Made by a program: the position numbers and the translations under genes
Shown: positions 15,478 through 23,615 of the stretch, in pieces
Layout: every line of letters begins with the position of its first letter
How positions within the stretch are numbered: position 1 is the first letter of the stretch
The notes under the pieces: model-generated
Seen by the model: the letters and a program-made list of their open reading frames with translations, nothing else
Told to the model about the DNA's origin: nothing
Databases searched by the model: none
NCBI GenBank assembly: GCA_026387835.1
Contig: JAPLKZ010000012.1
Location: 4,932 to 36,931, forward strand
DNA: 32,000 nt
From: Candidatus Saganbacteria bacterium
Lineage (GTDB): Bacteria; Margulisbacteria; WOR-1; JAKLHX01
Direction: 5' to 3'

Positions 15478-16848
15478 TTAAGACAGGGTCAGCTTGACCG
15501 CGCCATTACTTCTGTTGTCTATCCTGCCCCTGTCATCTATCCTGTGACCGGCGATCCAGAGGATCTTTTTATTATCGCAGACGACGGGAATGCCGGGCCT
15601 TTCGCCCGGAGGGACTTTGTTGTCAATAAAATAATCGTGGAGTTTTTTACTGCCTTTCATCCCGAACGGGACGAACCTGTCCCCTGCCCTGCAGCTGCGG
15701 ACAATAAGTTCAGTTCCGCTTATCTTTTCCGGGTCGACATAAGCTTCGTTATTTTTGATCTTTTTTTTGTTCTCCGGCATTGTTGAATACACGGCTGAAA
15801 TGACCTGTCCGGTTTCTTTGATCTTCACCGAACCGGGGATCTTTAAAATGTACTTGAAGCTTTTTATCTTTTTTTTCTCCGGCTTGAAATTTGAGACCGT
15901 TATTTTCCCGTCATCGACCGAAGCGTAGACCCCTTCCGGCAGACAGATAAAACCTCTTTTTAGCCTTAAAATATCGTGGACATGGACCTCTTCGATATTC
16001 TGCAGGCTGCCCTTGATCTTTTCCACCGCCAGCCTGACGATATACGGCCTTAGATCTTTTCCTGCGGAAGACAACCTGCCCGCATCCAGGCGGATCGAGG
16101 ACCTGCCGTTGCTTTTATATTTATCTATGGTACAGGCTGAAAGTTTTTTTTCTGCCTGCCTGATGATCCCCGCGTACTTTCTGCGCGAAGACTTTATCAA
16201 TGAAAACAATTTCTTTTTCGCGTTCTTTTCACAGGCCTCCAGTTCAGGCAGTTCGACGTTCCTTATCCTGTTCCTTGTGTGGACGTTCTCCGCATTTGTC
16301 CGGTCGGTCCTGTAAGGGATATTATTTCTTTTGCAGTAATCAAGGATCTCCTTTTTCCAGACATCGATAAAGGGCCTGATGACATGGCCCCTGACAGGAG
16401 GAATACCGCACATTCCCTTTAACCCCGTGCCTCTCTTGATCCGCATCAGAAGGGTTTCGATGTTGTCATCGCAGTGATGGGCAAGGGCGATCCCGGAAGC
16501 TCTGATCTTCCTGCGGATGTTTTCAAGGCACTTGTATCTTAAGTTCCTGCCGGCCTCTTCAAGCGATAATTTATTTTTCATTGCGTACCCGGGGACATCT
16601 ATCGCTTTCATTGCCACCGGAATATTATTTTTTCTGCAGTAATCTTTGACGAACAAAGCATCTTCGACCGCCTCTTCCCCCCTGATCTTGTGGTCAAGGT
16701 GAAAGGCCCGGATATTAAAGCCGCTTTTCTTTAAAAAATGCAGGAGGGCCATGGAATCCGGCCCGCCCGAAACTGCGACCAGGATTTTTCCGGCCGGGGT
16801 CATCATTTTATGGGCTTTTATCGTTCTTTTTGCTTTTGTCTCTAACAA
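15478..16848 (-). CDS. tilS: tRNA(Ile)-lysidine synthetase
   Basis: The PP-loop is ILVAVSGGPDS, with LAHHCDDNIETLLMR, IRPF and a C-terminal substrate-binding domain. The track ORF extends to 16935. I prefer TTG 16848, which has AGGA 9 nt upstream and lies 1 nt after the upstream stop. Confidence 0.9.
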   Translation of the reverse strand: MLETKAKRTIKAHKMMTPAGKILVAVSGGPDSMALLHFLKKSGFNIRAFHLDHKIRGEEAVEDALFVKDYCRKNNIPVAMKAIDVPGYAMKNKLSLEEAGRNLRYKCLENIRRKIRASGIALAHHCDDNIETLLMRIKRGTGLKGMCGIPPVRGHVIRPFIDVWKKEILDYCKRNNIPYRTDRTNAENVHTRNRIRNVELPELEACEKNAKKKLFSLIKSSRRKYAGIIRQAEKKLSACTIDKYKSNGRSSIRLDAGRLSSAGKDLRPYIVRLAVEKIKGSLQNIEEVHVHDILRLKRGFICLPEGVYASVDDGKITVSNFKPEKKKIKSFKYILKIPGSVKIKETGQVISAVYSTMPENKKKIKNNEAYVDPEKISGTELIVRSCRAGDRFVPFGMKGSKKLHDYFIDNKVPPGERPGIPVVCDNKKILWIAGHRIDDRGRIDNRSNGAVKLTLS

Positions 16849-16849
16849 G

Positions 16850-17224
16850 TCAGGCGATCCTATCCGAAATAACGGATATAACGGGGATGCGGAAATCTTT
16901 TCCCGTGAGAAACAGCACAGCGCAGTAGCCGGCATAGGCCCACAACAAAAACGCCGCGGATCCTACCGCCTTATCAAGCAGGGGAACAGTGATATTTGAA
17001 AGTATCGAATATATCATCATCCTCAGAAATATCAGGAGCAGGATGTTCACCGTCCATAATAAAAGCGCCTGCGCCGCATGGAAGGCCATGCATAAGTTCT
17101 TTCTCTTTTCTGTCAGGATGATATAGAAAGACGGTAACCAAAATATATATGAGGAAAATATGAGGGTTTTATCGCTGATCTTCAGTTTTTCAGTATTTCT
17201 ATTGTTTTCTTTGATAGTATCCAT
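16850..17224 (-). CDS. Small multi-pass membrane protein, DUF4870-like
   Basis: It has three predicted TM helices and the motif LTEKRKNLCMAFHAAQALLLW, which resembles the DUF4870 ...FHAKQAL... pattern. The track start at 17263 overlaps the tRNA discriminator base, so ATG 17224 (MDTIKENN) is more likely. Confidence 0.55.
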   Translation of the reverse strand: MDTIKENNRNTEKLKISDKTLIFSSYIFWLPSFYIILTEKRKNLCMAFHAAQALLLWTVNILLLIFLRMMIYSILSNITVPLLDKAVGSAAFLLWAYAGYCAVLFLTGKDFRIPVISVISDRIA

Positions 17225-17262
17225 AAATTGTTCTTTGATAAGAGACTTTCTTCGCAAGTTCA

Positions 17263-17336
17263 TGTCGGGGGCCGGAATCGAACCGGCGACCTAGGGCTTA
17301 TGAGTCCCTCGCTCTAACCGTCTGAGCTACCCCGAC
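17263..17336 (-). tRNA. tRNA with anticodon CAT (elongator Met or lysidine-dependent Ile2); no encoded CCA
   Basis: Manual fold: acceptor GTCGGGG/CCCCGAC, D arm GCTC-AGACGGTTA-GAGC, anticodon arm AGGGA-CTCATAA-GCCCT (31:39 is an A-G mismatch), variable loop AGGTC, T arm GCCGG-TTCGATT-CCGGC, discriminator A. The G1:C72 pair and C11:G24 argue against an initiator. Confidence 0.9.
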
Positions 17337-17365
17337 ATTTGCGAGGCGCCGCCTTGTTCATAAAG

Positions 17366-18613
17366 TTAAGCTATCTTCCTCATCACCAGCCCGGAATACG
17401 GTTTTGGATAGAAGAACGTCGATTTCTGCGGCATCCTGCCTCCGGCATCCGCGATGCTCATGATCTGGGAGATCTTCGTAGGGTTAAGGAGGAATGCGCA
17501 CACGGCTTTTCCTTTTTTTACGGCCGCTACCGCTTCCGCATCGTCATGCGAGTAAGTTATAACTGTCTCGGTCTTCCTGTCCCTGTATTTATCAAGGATG
17601 TCATCTATTAAAAGGCTATGGAGGATCGCCACGTCCAGTTCGGCAAGCGCCTGGCGGCCTTTTTCCGCCATGACCCTGTTCTTTGTGACCACATCCCTCA
17701 GCTTGAACATGTACATCTTGTTGTCTTTCCTGCTGAAATAGCCGAATACATGCCCTACGGCTTTTTCTATCTTCGCGAACGAGTCCACCTCTACCACGAG
17801 AAAATGTCTCTTCGCGTTCTTCATTATGAGGTCATTGTCTTCGTCGGAGATATTGAGGATCCTGTGTATCGGAAGCACGAGGAGCCCCGGGTCCTGCTCT
17901 TCCACAAAATAGGTCATTATGTAGTTGTGGGGGTTCGCGCTGTCCGGATTTACTTTCAGTTCTTTGGCGTAATTCAGCGCCGTTTCATACCTGTGGTGCC
18001 CGTCCGCGATATACGCGCTTATGTCCGTGAAACCTTTACAAAAAGATGACACCGCTTTTTCGTCGGTCACCCTCCAGAAGCGGTGCGTCACCTCATTGTC
18101 ATCCTTTGCGCTAAAGAGGGGCTCTTCTTCCGGGATCGATACCTCATCCCCCTTATAAAGGACAAATATCGGCTCCGTATTCGCGGAACACGCTCTCATC
18201 AGGAGCAGCCTGTCCTCCTTGGGCTTTGAATAAGTGTTCTCGTGCACCTTGACGGAGCCTTTTTGGTCCAGTCTTAAAAGACCTATAAACCCTCTTCTTG
18301 AATAATTCGTTTTTTTGTGCGTGAACTGCTGCTCGTACACATAAAGCCCGGGGACGTCGTCCTCGGCAAATATGCCTTCGTTCATCCATTCCTGCATAAA
18401 ATGCGCCGCGCGCGAATAGCGGTTTTCACTCTCGTTATCATGCTCTGTCTTCTTGCCGAGAATGATCCGTACGATATTATGCTCGTCCTTGGAATAATAT
18501 TTTTCCTGCTCCTCCTCTGATATGACATCATAGGGAGGGGATATTACTTTTGAGACATCCCTTACTTTTTCCTTATCATATATGATGCCTTTAAAGGGCT
18601 TGATCTCTACCAT
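17366..18613 (-). CDS. DUF1015 domain-containing protein
   Basis: MVEIKPFKGIIYDKEKV...VISPPYDVISEEEQ is the characteristic DUF1015 N-terminus, with DGHHRYETAL mid-protein and PKSTFFYPK near the C-terminus. ATG 18613 has AAGGAG 5 nt upstream. The 22 extra residues in the track ORF look spurious. Confidence 0.85.
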   Translation of the reverse strand: MVEIKPFKGIIYDKEKVRDVSKVISPPYDVISEEEQEKYYSKDEHNIVRIILGKKTEHDNESENRYSRAAHFMQEWMNEGIFAEDDVPGLYVYEQQFTHKKTNYSRRGFIGLLRLDQKGSVKVHENTYSKPKEDRLLLMRACSANTEPIFVLYKGDEVSIPEEEPLFSAKDDNEVTHRFWRVTDEKAVSSFCKGFTDISAYIADGHHRYETALNYAKELKVNPDSANPHNYIMTYFVEEQDPGLLVLPIHRILNISDEDNDLIMKNAKRHFLVVEVDSFAKIEKAVGHVFGYFSRKDNKMYMFKLRDVVTKNRVMAEKGRQALAELDVAILHSLLIDDILDKYRDRKTETVITYSHDDAEAVAAVKKGKAVCAFLLNPTKISQIMSIADAGGRMPQKSTFFYPKPYSGLVMRKIA

Positions 18614-18660
18614 GTCGGCTCCTTGACATATATTATAACAAAATATGAACATAAAAACAT

Positions 18661-18689
18661 TTGCAAATAATACGGTCATTTGCTAGAAT
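18661..18689 (+). promoter_or_regulatory. Candidate sigma-70 promoter TTGCAA-N17-TAGAAT, with the -10 ending 9 nt before the receiver ATG
   Basis: Read directly: TTGCAAataatacggtcatttgcTAGAATatatccaacATG. No SD is present. Confidence 0.4.
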
Positions 18690-18698
18690 ATATCCAAC

Positions 18699-19133
18699 AT
18701 GGCGGAAACCAATAAGACAAAAGTGCTGGTCGTTGATGACGAGCCGGGAGCTTTGGAATCATTCAGGATGATCCTTGAGATCAAGGATTTTGAAGTCTCC
18801 ACTTTTTCCAGCGGGATCGAGGCTCTTGCCGCGGTTGAAAAGACCGCCTTCCAAATAGCTTTCATCGACCTGAAGATGCCTATAATGGGAGGGCTTGAAG
18901 TGCTGAAAAAGCTTAAAGAGCTGTCTCCCACCACCGAAGCCGTGATCGTGACCGCCTACGCATCCGAGGAATCACAGGCCAACGCCATCACTCTCGGAGC
19001 CATGGAATATTTAAGGAAACCATTTTTGATGGAAGAGATATTCTCGCTTTGCGACAGGGCCCTGCGGAAAAGGCGCGAGAAGGGAGCTTCAAAAGACAGT
19101 ATTGGCGGCCCGAACCTCGGCAATATCCACTGA
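18699..19133 (+). CDS. Stand-alone response regulator receiver (CheY-like)
   Basis: KVLVVDDEP, the phospho-acceptor context FIDLKMPIMGG, VIVTAY and YLRKPF are all present. There is no output domain. Confidence 0.9.
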   Translation: MAETNKTKVLVVDDEPGALESFRMILEIKDFEVSTFSSGIEALAAVEKTAFQIAFIDLKMPIMGGLEVLKKLKELSPTTEAVIVTAYASEESQANAITLGAMEYLRKPFLMEEIFSLCDRALRKRREKGASKDSIGGPNLGNIH

Positions 19134-19910
19134 TCAGGTCCTTAACATCCAGACTATGATGATGACCGCCCCGACTATGAACCTGTACCACACAAATATT
19201 TTGAACGAATGCTTCATCAGGTACTGAAGAAGGAATTTTATCGATAAAAATCCTACGATCGCCGAAGACAGGATCCCGATGATCAAGGGTGTAGCATCGC
19301 TGTAAGGCAGTCCTCCTGAAAAGAAATATCGCAGCTTGAACAATCCCGCGCCCAAAATAACGGGTGATGCGAGCAGGAACGAGAACCTTGCCGCGGATTC
19401 CCTGTCGAGCCCGCTGAAAAGACCCGCGGTCATCGTGATGCCGGACCTCGAGACGCCTGGTATTAGAGCAAGCACCTGCGCAAGGCCGATGAATATGGAA
19501 TCGATCAGATTTACGTCCTTAACGGCCCTGTTTTTACGCCCCGTGTACTCGGCCAGCCACAGGACGCAGCCGAGGGCTATCATGCATGCAGCGACAAGTA
19601 TAGGAGAGCGCAGCGTCGTTTCGAAAAGGTTTTCATAAGCCAGTCCGATAACAGCCGCAGGCAGACAACCGATCAGGATCGAGCGGAACAAGGGCTCCTT
19701 CCAATTCTTGATGATGTCCAGCCAGTCCTTCCAGAAAAAACATATTATCGCCAGCATCGTCCCCAGATGAAGCCCCGCGTCGAAAGACAGTCCGGGATCC
19801 CTGAAATTGAACATCCACGGGATCACCACAAGATGGCCTGAACTGCTTATCGGAAGGAACTCCGTGATACCCTGGACTATTCCCATGATCAGGGCCTGGA
19901 TAATCGACAT
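19134..19910 (-). CDS. uppP: Undecaprenyl-diphosphate phosphatase
   Basis: GIVQGITEFLPISSSGHL and GVSRSGITMTAG are BacA/UppP signatures, and the protein has about 8 TM helices. Confidence 0.92.
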   Translation of the reverse strand: MSIIQALIMGIVQGITEFLPISSSGHLVVIPWMFNFRDPGLSFDAGLHLGTMLAIICFFWKDWLDIIKNWKEPLFRSILIGCLPAAVIGLAYENLFETTLRSPILVAACMIALGCVLWLAEYTGRKNRAVKDVNLIDSIFIGLAQVLALIPGVSRSGITMTAGLFSGLDRESAARFSFLLASPVILGAGLFKLRYFFSGGLPYSDATPLIIGILSSAIVGFLSIKFLLQYLMKHSFKIFVWYRFIVGAVIIIVWMLRT

Positions 19911-19911
19911 T

Positions 19912-20856
19912 TTACGCGTCCTTTTTTTTGTTCATATTATCAAAACTTGATATCAGATCGAGGAGACGGTATTTGTTTATTTTACAGGAAAACGAAGGGA
20001 TCATATAGTCGATGTCCGCGCAACCGGCACACGCGTCCATCCTTCCTTCCAGTTTTTTATACCCTTTTATTATATCCGAGTTCATGACCTTCTCAAGTTT
20101 CCCGTCTATAGGTATCCTTGCCTGAAAGGAATTTATGCACGGAAGTATCAGATGGTCGTCCGGCGAGATCGTGACCGTGGTCTCAAGCGCCCTGCATACA
20201 GGCTTGTTCTTGTCGTTGCCTCCGTGCTTCAATAATTCCATGACGGCCCTGTTCATCTCGACATTCTTTCTCCGCGCATACCTCAGGATATAATCCACCG
20301 ATATCTTTTCAAAGCCTTCAAACCCGAAAAAATGGTGGACGGGATTTATTCTCAGGGTCACGCCGCTGTGCTGCGCGAGGTCCACCATTTCCGGAAGAGA
20401 TCTCACGCTGTCGCGCGTGACCGTGAAATTTATCTTTACGTCCATGCCCATTTTTTTTGCCAGGGAAATGCCGGCAACGGCTTCGGCGTAGCATTCCTGC
20501 CCTCTTATCCTGTTATGTTCTTCTTCGCCGGGAGCGTCAAGCGGTATATAAAGCTCGTCAAGGAGGCCTTTCATCTCACACAGCTTTTCCGGATGATCAA
20601 GTCCGCCGGTAAAAAGAGCAACATGCAATCCCTTTTTCTTGGCGATGGACAGGATATCCTTGATGTCATGACGCAGCAGGGGCTCGCCTCCGGTAAAATT
20701 TACTGACTTGACCCCGAGCTTGACGAGTGAATCGAGGTTCTTTTCTATTGTATAGATGCCCGCTTCTTCGACCCCCTCGAATTCGCTGTCATTTGAAATG
20801 CGGCAGAACTCGCACCGGCAGCTGCATCTGTAAGTGAGATAATAATGGCATATCAT
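19912..20856 (-). CDS. Radical SAM protein with a C-terminal SPASM/twitch-like Cys cluster
   Basis: CX3CX2C lies at the extreme N-terminus (YRCSCRCEFC), followed by FTGGEPLL (GGE motif). The C-terminal part has CRALETTVTISPDDHLILPC and CAGCADIDY...C, which is typical of an auxiliary-cluster domain. Confidence 0.85.
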   Translation of the reverse strand: MICHYYLTYRCSCRCEFCRISNDSEFEGVEEAGIYTIEKNLDSLVKLGVKSVNFTGGEPLLRHDIKDILSIAKKKGLHVALFTGGLDHPEKLCEMKGLLDELYIPLDAPGEEEHNRIRGQECYAEAVAGISLAKKMGMDVKINFTVTRDSVRSLPEMVDLAQHSGVTLRINPVHHFFGFEGFEKISVDYILRYARRKNVEMNRAVMELLKHGGNDKNKPVCRALETTVTISPDDHLILPCINSFQARIPIDGKLEKVMNSDIIKGYKKLEGRMDACAGCADIDYMIPSFSCKINKYRLLDLISSFDNMNKKKDA

Positions 20857-22070
20857 ACCGTTCGGAGTTTTGGCACCAGAATGCTGAGTAAGCCCGATAA
20901 CAGGATTATAAGTCCGAGAGCAAGTATCGCCCTGTCCAGGCCGAAATAGTCGGCTATGAGGCCGAATACGACCACAGGTATCGTGAACGCGAAGTTGATA
21001 AGCATGTTCTGTATCCCGAATACCCTTCCCCTCAGGGACCTCGGAGTTTTGTGCTGAATTATGGTTTGTATAGTCGCATTGATCAATATATTACCGAAAC
21101 CGAGTATGAAGCAGTACAAAAAAGCAAGAAAGACGTTCCTGGTAAATGCCAGCAGGATAAGGACTGTCCCGGAAGAGATGAAGCCTATAAAGACTATGAT
21201 GTTTTTTTTGAAATAGTGGCTCAATTTTCCGAGAGCCAGCATGCCGAGCATCATTCCCGCCCCCGTAAAAATGACCAGATAACCGAAATTCCTCGCGCCG
21301 ATGCCGATATATTGTTCGGCAAACTGTATCGCGAGCATGCATATCACGGCAAGGCCCGAGGTTATCACCATCATCTTCAGCAGCGAATATCTGACGACAA
21401 CGTTCCTTCTTATGAACTCAAAACCCATTAGCAGGTCATGTTTCACGCTTTTTATAGAGTATCTTTTCTCCCTGGCGCCGTCCTTATGCGGCACCATGAA
21501 TACCGCAAGCGCTGATATGAAATAAAGCATCGCCGCGATCGCAAAGGTCACTTCCTCTCCGAATATTATGACAAGCGGAGCTCCGATGCCGAACCCTATT
21601 ACAGAGCTCCACATCCACGTGGTCATGAAAAGCGAATTTGCCACGATAAGGTTCTCCCTCTCGACGACCTCGGTAAGGAGCGACGCCTCCGCCGGAGCGA
21701 AGAACTGGGCTATCGTGTAGATCAGAAGGCTTACAAGGAAAATAGTGAAAAGAGATCTTTGCAGAAGAAAGATCATCAGGATTATCAGGATACCCCTCAG
21801 TATGTCAGACATCACCATGGTCTTCTTTCTCTGCCACCTGTCCACATATACGCCGGCGAACGAAGCGAACAGCACGGAGGGGATGCCGAAAGAGAGCATG
21901 GGGACCGAGACCCCGAGATTGGTCTTTGTGAGATTGTAGGCAACTATGACAAGCACATATATGTATATCCTGTCGGCCATCTGGGAAAGGACCTGACCTA
22001 TCCAGAGACAGACAAATGATCTGTTCTTTAACACGGCGCTGAATCTTGGCGGGATTACAGGCTTTTCCAA
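20853..22070 (-). CDS. MFS transporter (12-TM; EntS/MFS_3-like)
   Basis: LKNRSFVCLWIGQVLSQMADRIY and DRWQRKKTMV (loop 2-3 motif) are present, with 12 hydrophobic segments. The start is uncertain: GTG 22106 (track), TTG 22070 (AGGAAAGG upstream) or GTG 22034. Confidence 0.85.
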   Translation of the reverse strand: MEKPVIPPRFSAVLKNRSFVCLWIGQVLSQMADRIYIYVLVIVAYNLTKTNLGVSVPMLSFGIPSVLFASFAGVYVDRWQRKKTMVMSDILRGILIILMIFLLQRSLFTIFLVSLLIYTIAQFFAPAEASLLTEVVERENLIVANSLFMTTWMWSSVIGFGIGAPLVIIFGEEVTFAIAAMLYFISALAVFMVPHKDGAREKRYSIKSVKHDLLMGFEFIRRNVVVRYSLLKMMVITSGLAVICMLAIQFAEQYIGIGARNFGYLVIFTGAGMMLGMLALGKLSHYFKKNIIVFIGFISSGTVLILLAFTRNVFLAFLYCFILGFGNILINATIQTIIQHKTPRSLRGRVFGIQNMLINFAFTIPVVVFGLIADYFGLDRAILALGLIILLSGLLSILVPKLRTV

Positions 22071-22666
22071 AGGCGGATATCCTTTCCTAAGTGGTCGGAC
22101 AGGCACGGGATAAGGATCTTGTCGATATGTATAAGGTCCGACGCGGAAAAATGAGAGGCGTCAAAATCTCCGTTTTTCATCTGTCCGACGCATTGTCTTT
22201 CGTTCATTGAGAACTCCTGCAAAGGCAATATCCCTTCAAGGTCGGCAAACTTGACGTCGAACATCCTGGTCACGAGCAATGGTAAAACCCCCGATTTCAG
22301 CATGAAGAACGAATCGGTCACGAGATCGAACAGCGCCTCGTTCTTTACCCCGTCCTCGAGGAAAGATGTCACGACCTTTATTATATACATTGCCGCCTGA
22401 AAAGTATGTTCTTCCTCCCTTATTGTGTGGAAAGTCTCTATTGTCTCTATCTGCGACAGGATGTCAAGGTTTTTTCCTTTTGCGAGGAATATCTGATTGT
22501 AAGAGAACGGCTCAAGCCTTGCCCCGAACTTGCTCGATGTCTTGAGCGCCGACTTTGCTATCGCGCTGACCTTTCCGTGGGTCCTGGCAAAAAAGGTCAC
22601 AAGCTTGTCGGCCTCTCCGAATCTCACGGACCTCAGCGTCACCGCTTCCGTCTTATAGAATGCCAT
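22055..22666 (-). CDS. recO: DNA repair protein RecO (short form without an obvious Zn-finger)
   Basis: MAFYKTEAVTLRSVRFGEADKLVTFFARTHGKVSAIAKS is the typical RecO OB-fold N-terminus. I could not find C-terminal CxxC pairs. Confidence 0.8.
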   Translation of the reverse strand: MAFYKTEAVTLRSVRFGEADKLVTFFARTHGKVSAIAKSALKTSSKFGARLEPFSYNQIFLAKGKNLDILSQIETIETFHTIREEEHTFQAAMYIIKVVTSFLEDGVKNEALFDLVTDSFFMLKSGVLPLLVTRMFDVKFADLEGILPLQEFSMNERQCVGQMKNGDFDASHFSASDLIHIDKILIPCLSDHLGKDIRLWKSL

Positions 22667-22783
22667 TATTTGAATAAACTTTAACACGATGGGTCAAGTA
22701 TAGTCAACCCGATCTTAGCTCTATTATAAGATGTAATTGAGCCTTGACTTAAGGAGCGGGACTATGCTATTTTTAGAACTGCA

Positions 22784-23170
22784 ATGGCAAAGATCCTGAT
22801 GGTCGATGATGAAGTTAACATCCTCAAGATAGCCGGCACGATGCTTGAAAGATCGGGACATACTGTCATCCTGGCGGCGAGCGGAGAAGAAGCCCTTGAA
22901 AAAGCAAAAGCAGACCCGCCTGACCTGATACTTCTTGACCGCAGCATGCCCGGGATGGGCGGGACTGAGGTCTTAAGCTCTCTCAGGGATCAAAAAGCCC
23001 TGAACAAGATACCGGTGATATTTTTGACGGCCCAGGACTCTGAATCCGAGATGATAGAGGGCTTAAGGGGCGGGGCTGTCGATTACATCACAAAACCGTT
23101 CAATATGGACGATCTCAGGGACAGGGTCGAATTTGTTCTGAAAAAATACACTCCGAAGCCTATATTATAA
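22784..23170 (+). CDS. Stand-alone response regulator receiver (CheY-like)
   Basis: KILMVDDE, LILLDRSMPGMGG, IFLTA and YITKPF are present. There is no output domain. Confidence 0.9.
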   Translation: MAKILMVDDEVNILKIAGTMLERSGHTVILAASGEEALEKAKADPPDLILLDRSMPGMGGTEVLSSLRDQKALNKIPVIFLTAQDSESEMIEGLRGGAVDYITKPFNMDDLRDRVEFVLKKYTPKPIL

Positions 23171-23615
23171 AATCCGGGTCCTCTTCCGCGACATCCTTTT
23201 TACCGTTTATTTCTATGACAACCGTATCTGTTTTCTTTACATCCACGTATTTCCTGAATACGATGTCCCTTCCGCTGTAAGCTTCAACAAGGTGCCTTCC
23301 CGGCCTTACCGCTTCGACCGTCAACGGCGCTTTCCCTATGATATCCTCGTCGATGTATATATCGAGGACCTTATGGGAAGTGACAAATATGGCGCCGGAA
23401 TCTTTTTGAGGAAGTACTGATCTTTTCTTCACCTTGATCGTCTGTTTTTTATTGGTTCCTATTTTGCGTGCCTTTTTTATTTTTACCTTTTTCAATTGTA
23501 CGGCTTTTTTACTGTTCCTGCACGCAGTTTTCTTTGCGGTCGCGTCAGCAGGCAGATACACCGCGATCGATGACAGCATGAAAACTGCCAATAAGATCAT
23601 TTTTAGTGCTTTCAT
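23160..23615 (-). CDS. Secreted PEGA-domain protein with a highly basic linker
   Basis: It has a signal peptide (MKALKMILLAVFMLSSIAVYLPADA), a Lys-rich ~40 aa linker, then IFVTS...DIYIDEDIIGKAPLTVEAVRPGRHLVEAY..., which matches the PEGA pattern. Confidence 0.7.
   Translation of the reverse strand: MKALKMILLAVFMLSSIAVYLPADATAKKTACRNSKKAVQLKKVKIKKARKIGTNKKQTIKVKKRSVLPQKDSGAIFVTSHKVLDIYIDEDIIGKAPLTVEAVRPGRHLVEAYSGRDIVFRKYVDVKKTDTVVIEINGKKDVAEEDPDFII

Noticed and set aside
17337-17365. A GC-rich palindrome (GGCGGCGCC) between the DUF1015 stop and the tRNA 5' end, considered as a terminator or tRNA promoter element.
   Set aside because: The stem is only 4-5 bp with a 1-nt loop and no U-tract. 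No -10/-35 pair is apparent. The tRNA is more likely processed from a read-through transcript.
18614-18679. A 22-residue N-terminal extension of the DUF1015 ORF (MTVLFANVFMFIFCYNICQGAD). Similar extensions occur on tilS (to 16935), recO (to 22687), the macA-like gene (to 3097) and the DUF4870-like ORF (to 17263).
   Set aside because: These are artefacts of the longest-ORF rule. Downstream starts have proper SD sequences or match family N-termini. The extensions overlap neighbouring genes, a tRNA or promoter-like DNA.
18683-18934. 83-aa and 61-aa minus-strand ORFs antisense to the two receiver genes (18683-18934 and 22762-22947).
   Set aside because: The plus-strand receiver translations carry complete CheY-fold motifs. 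The antisense ORFs have no motifs or SD and show biased composition.
20873-20888. TGGCAC-cagaa-TGCTG on the plus strand, resembling a sigma-54 promoter.
   Set aside because: The GG-to-GC spacing is 9 nt rather than the strict 10. It lies antisense within the MFS 3' end, and there is no plus-strand gene downstream.
23578-23593. A sigma-54-like element TGGCAG-TTTTC-ATGCT on the minus strand, with correct GG-N10-GC spacing.
   Set aside because: It starts 22 nt inside the PEGA coding sequence. A transcript from it would lack the start codon and signal peptide, and no gene lies downstream. It is probably a chance match.
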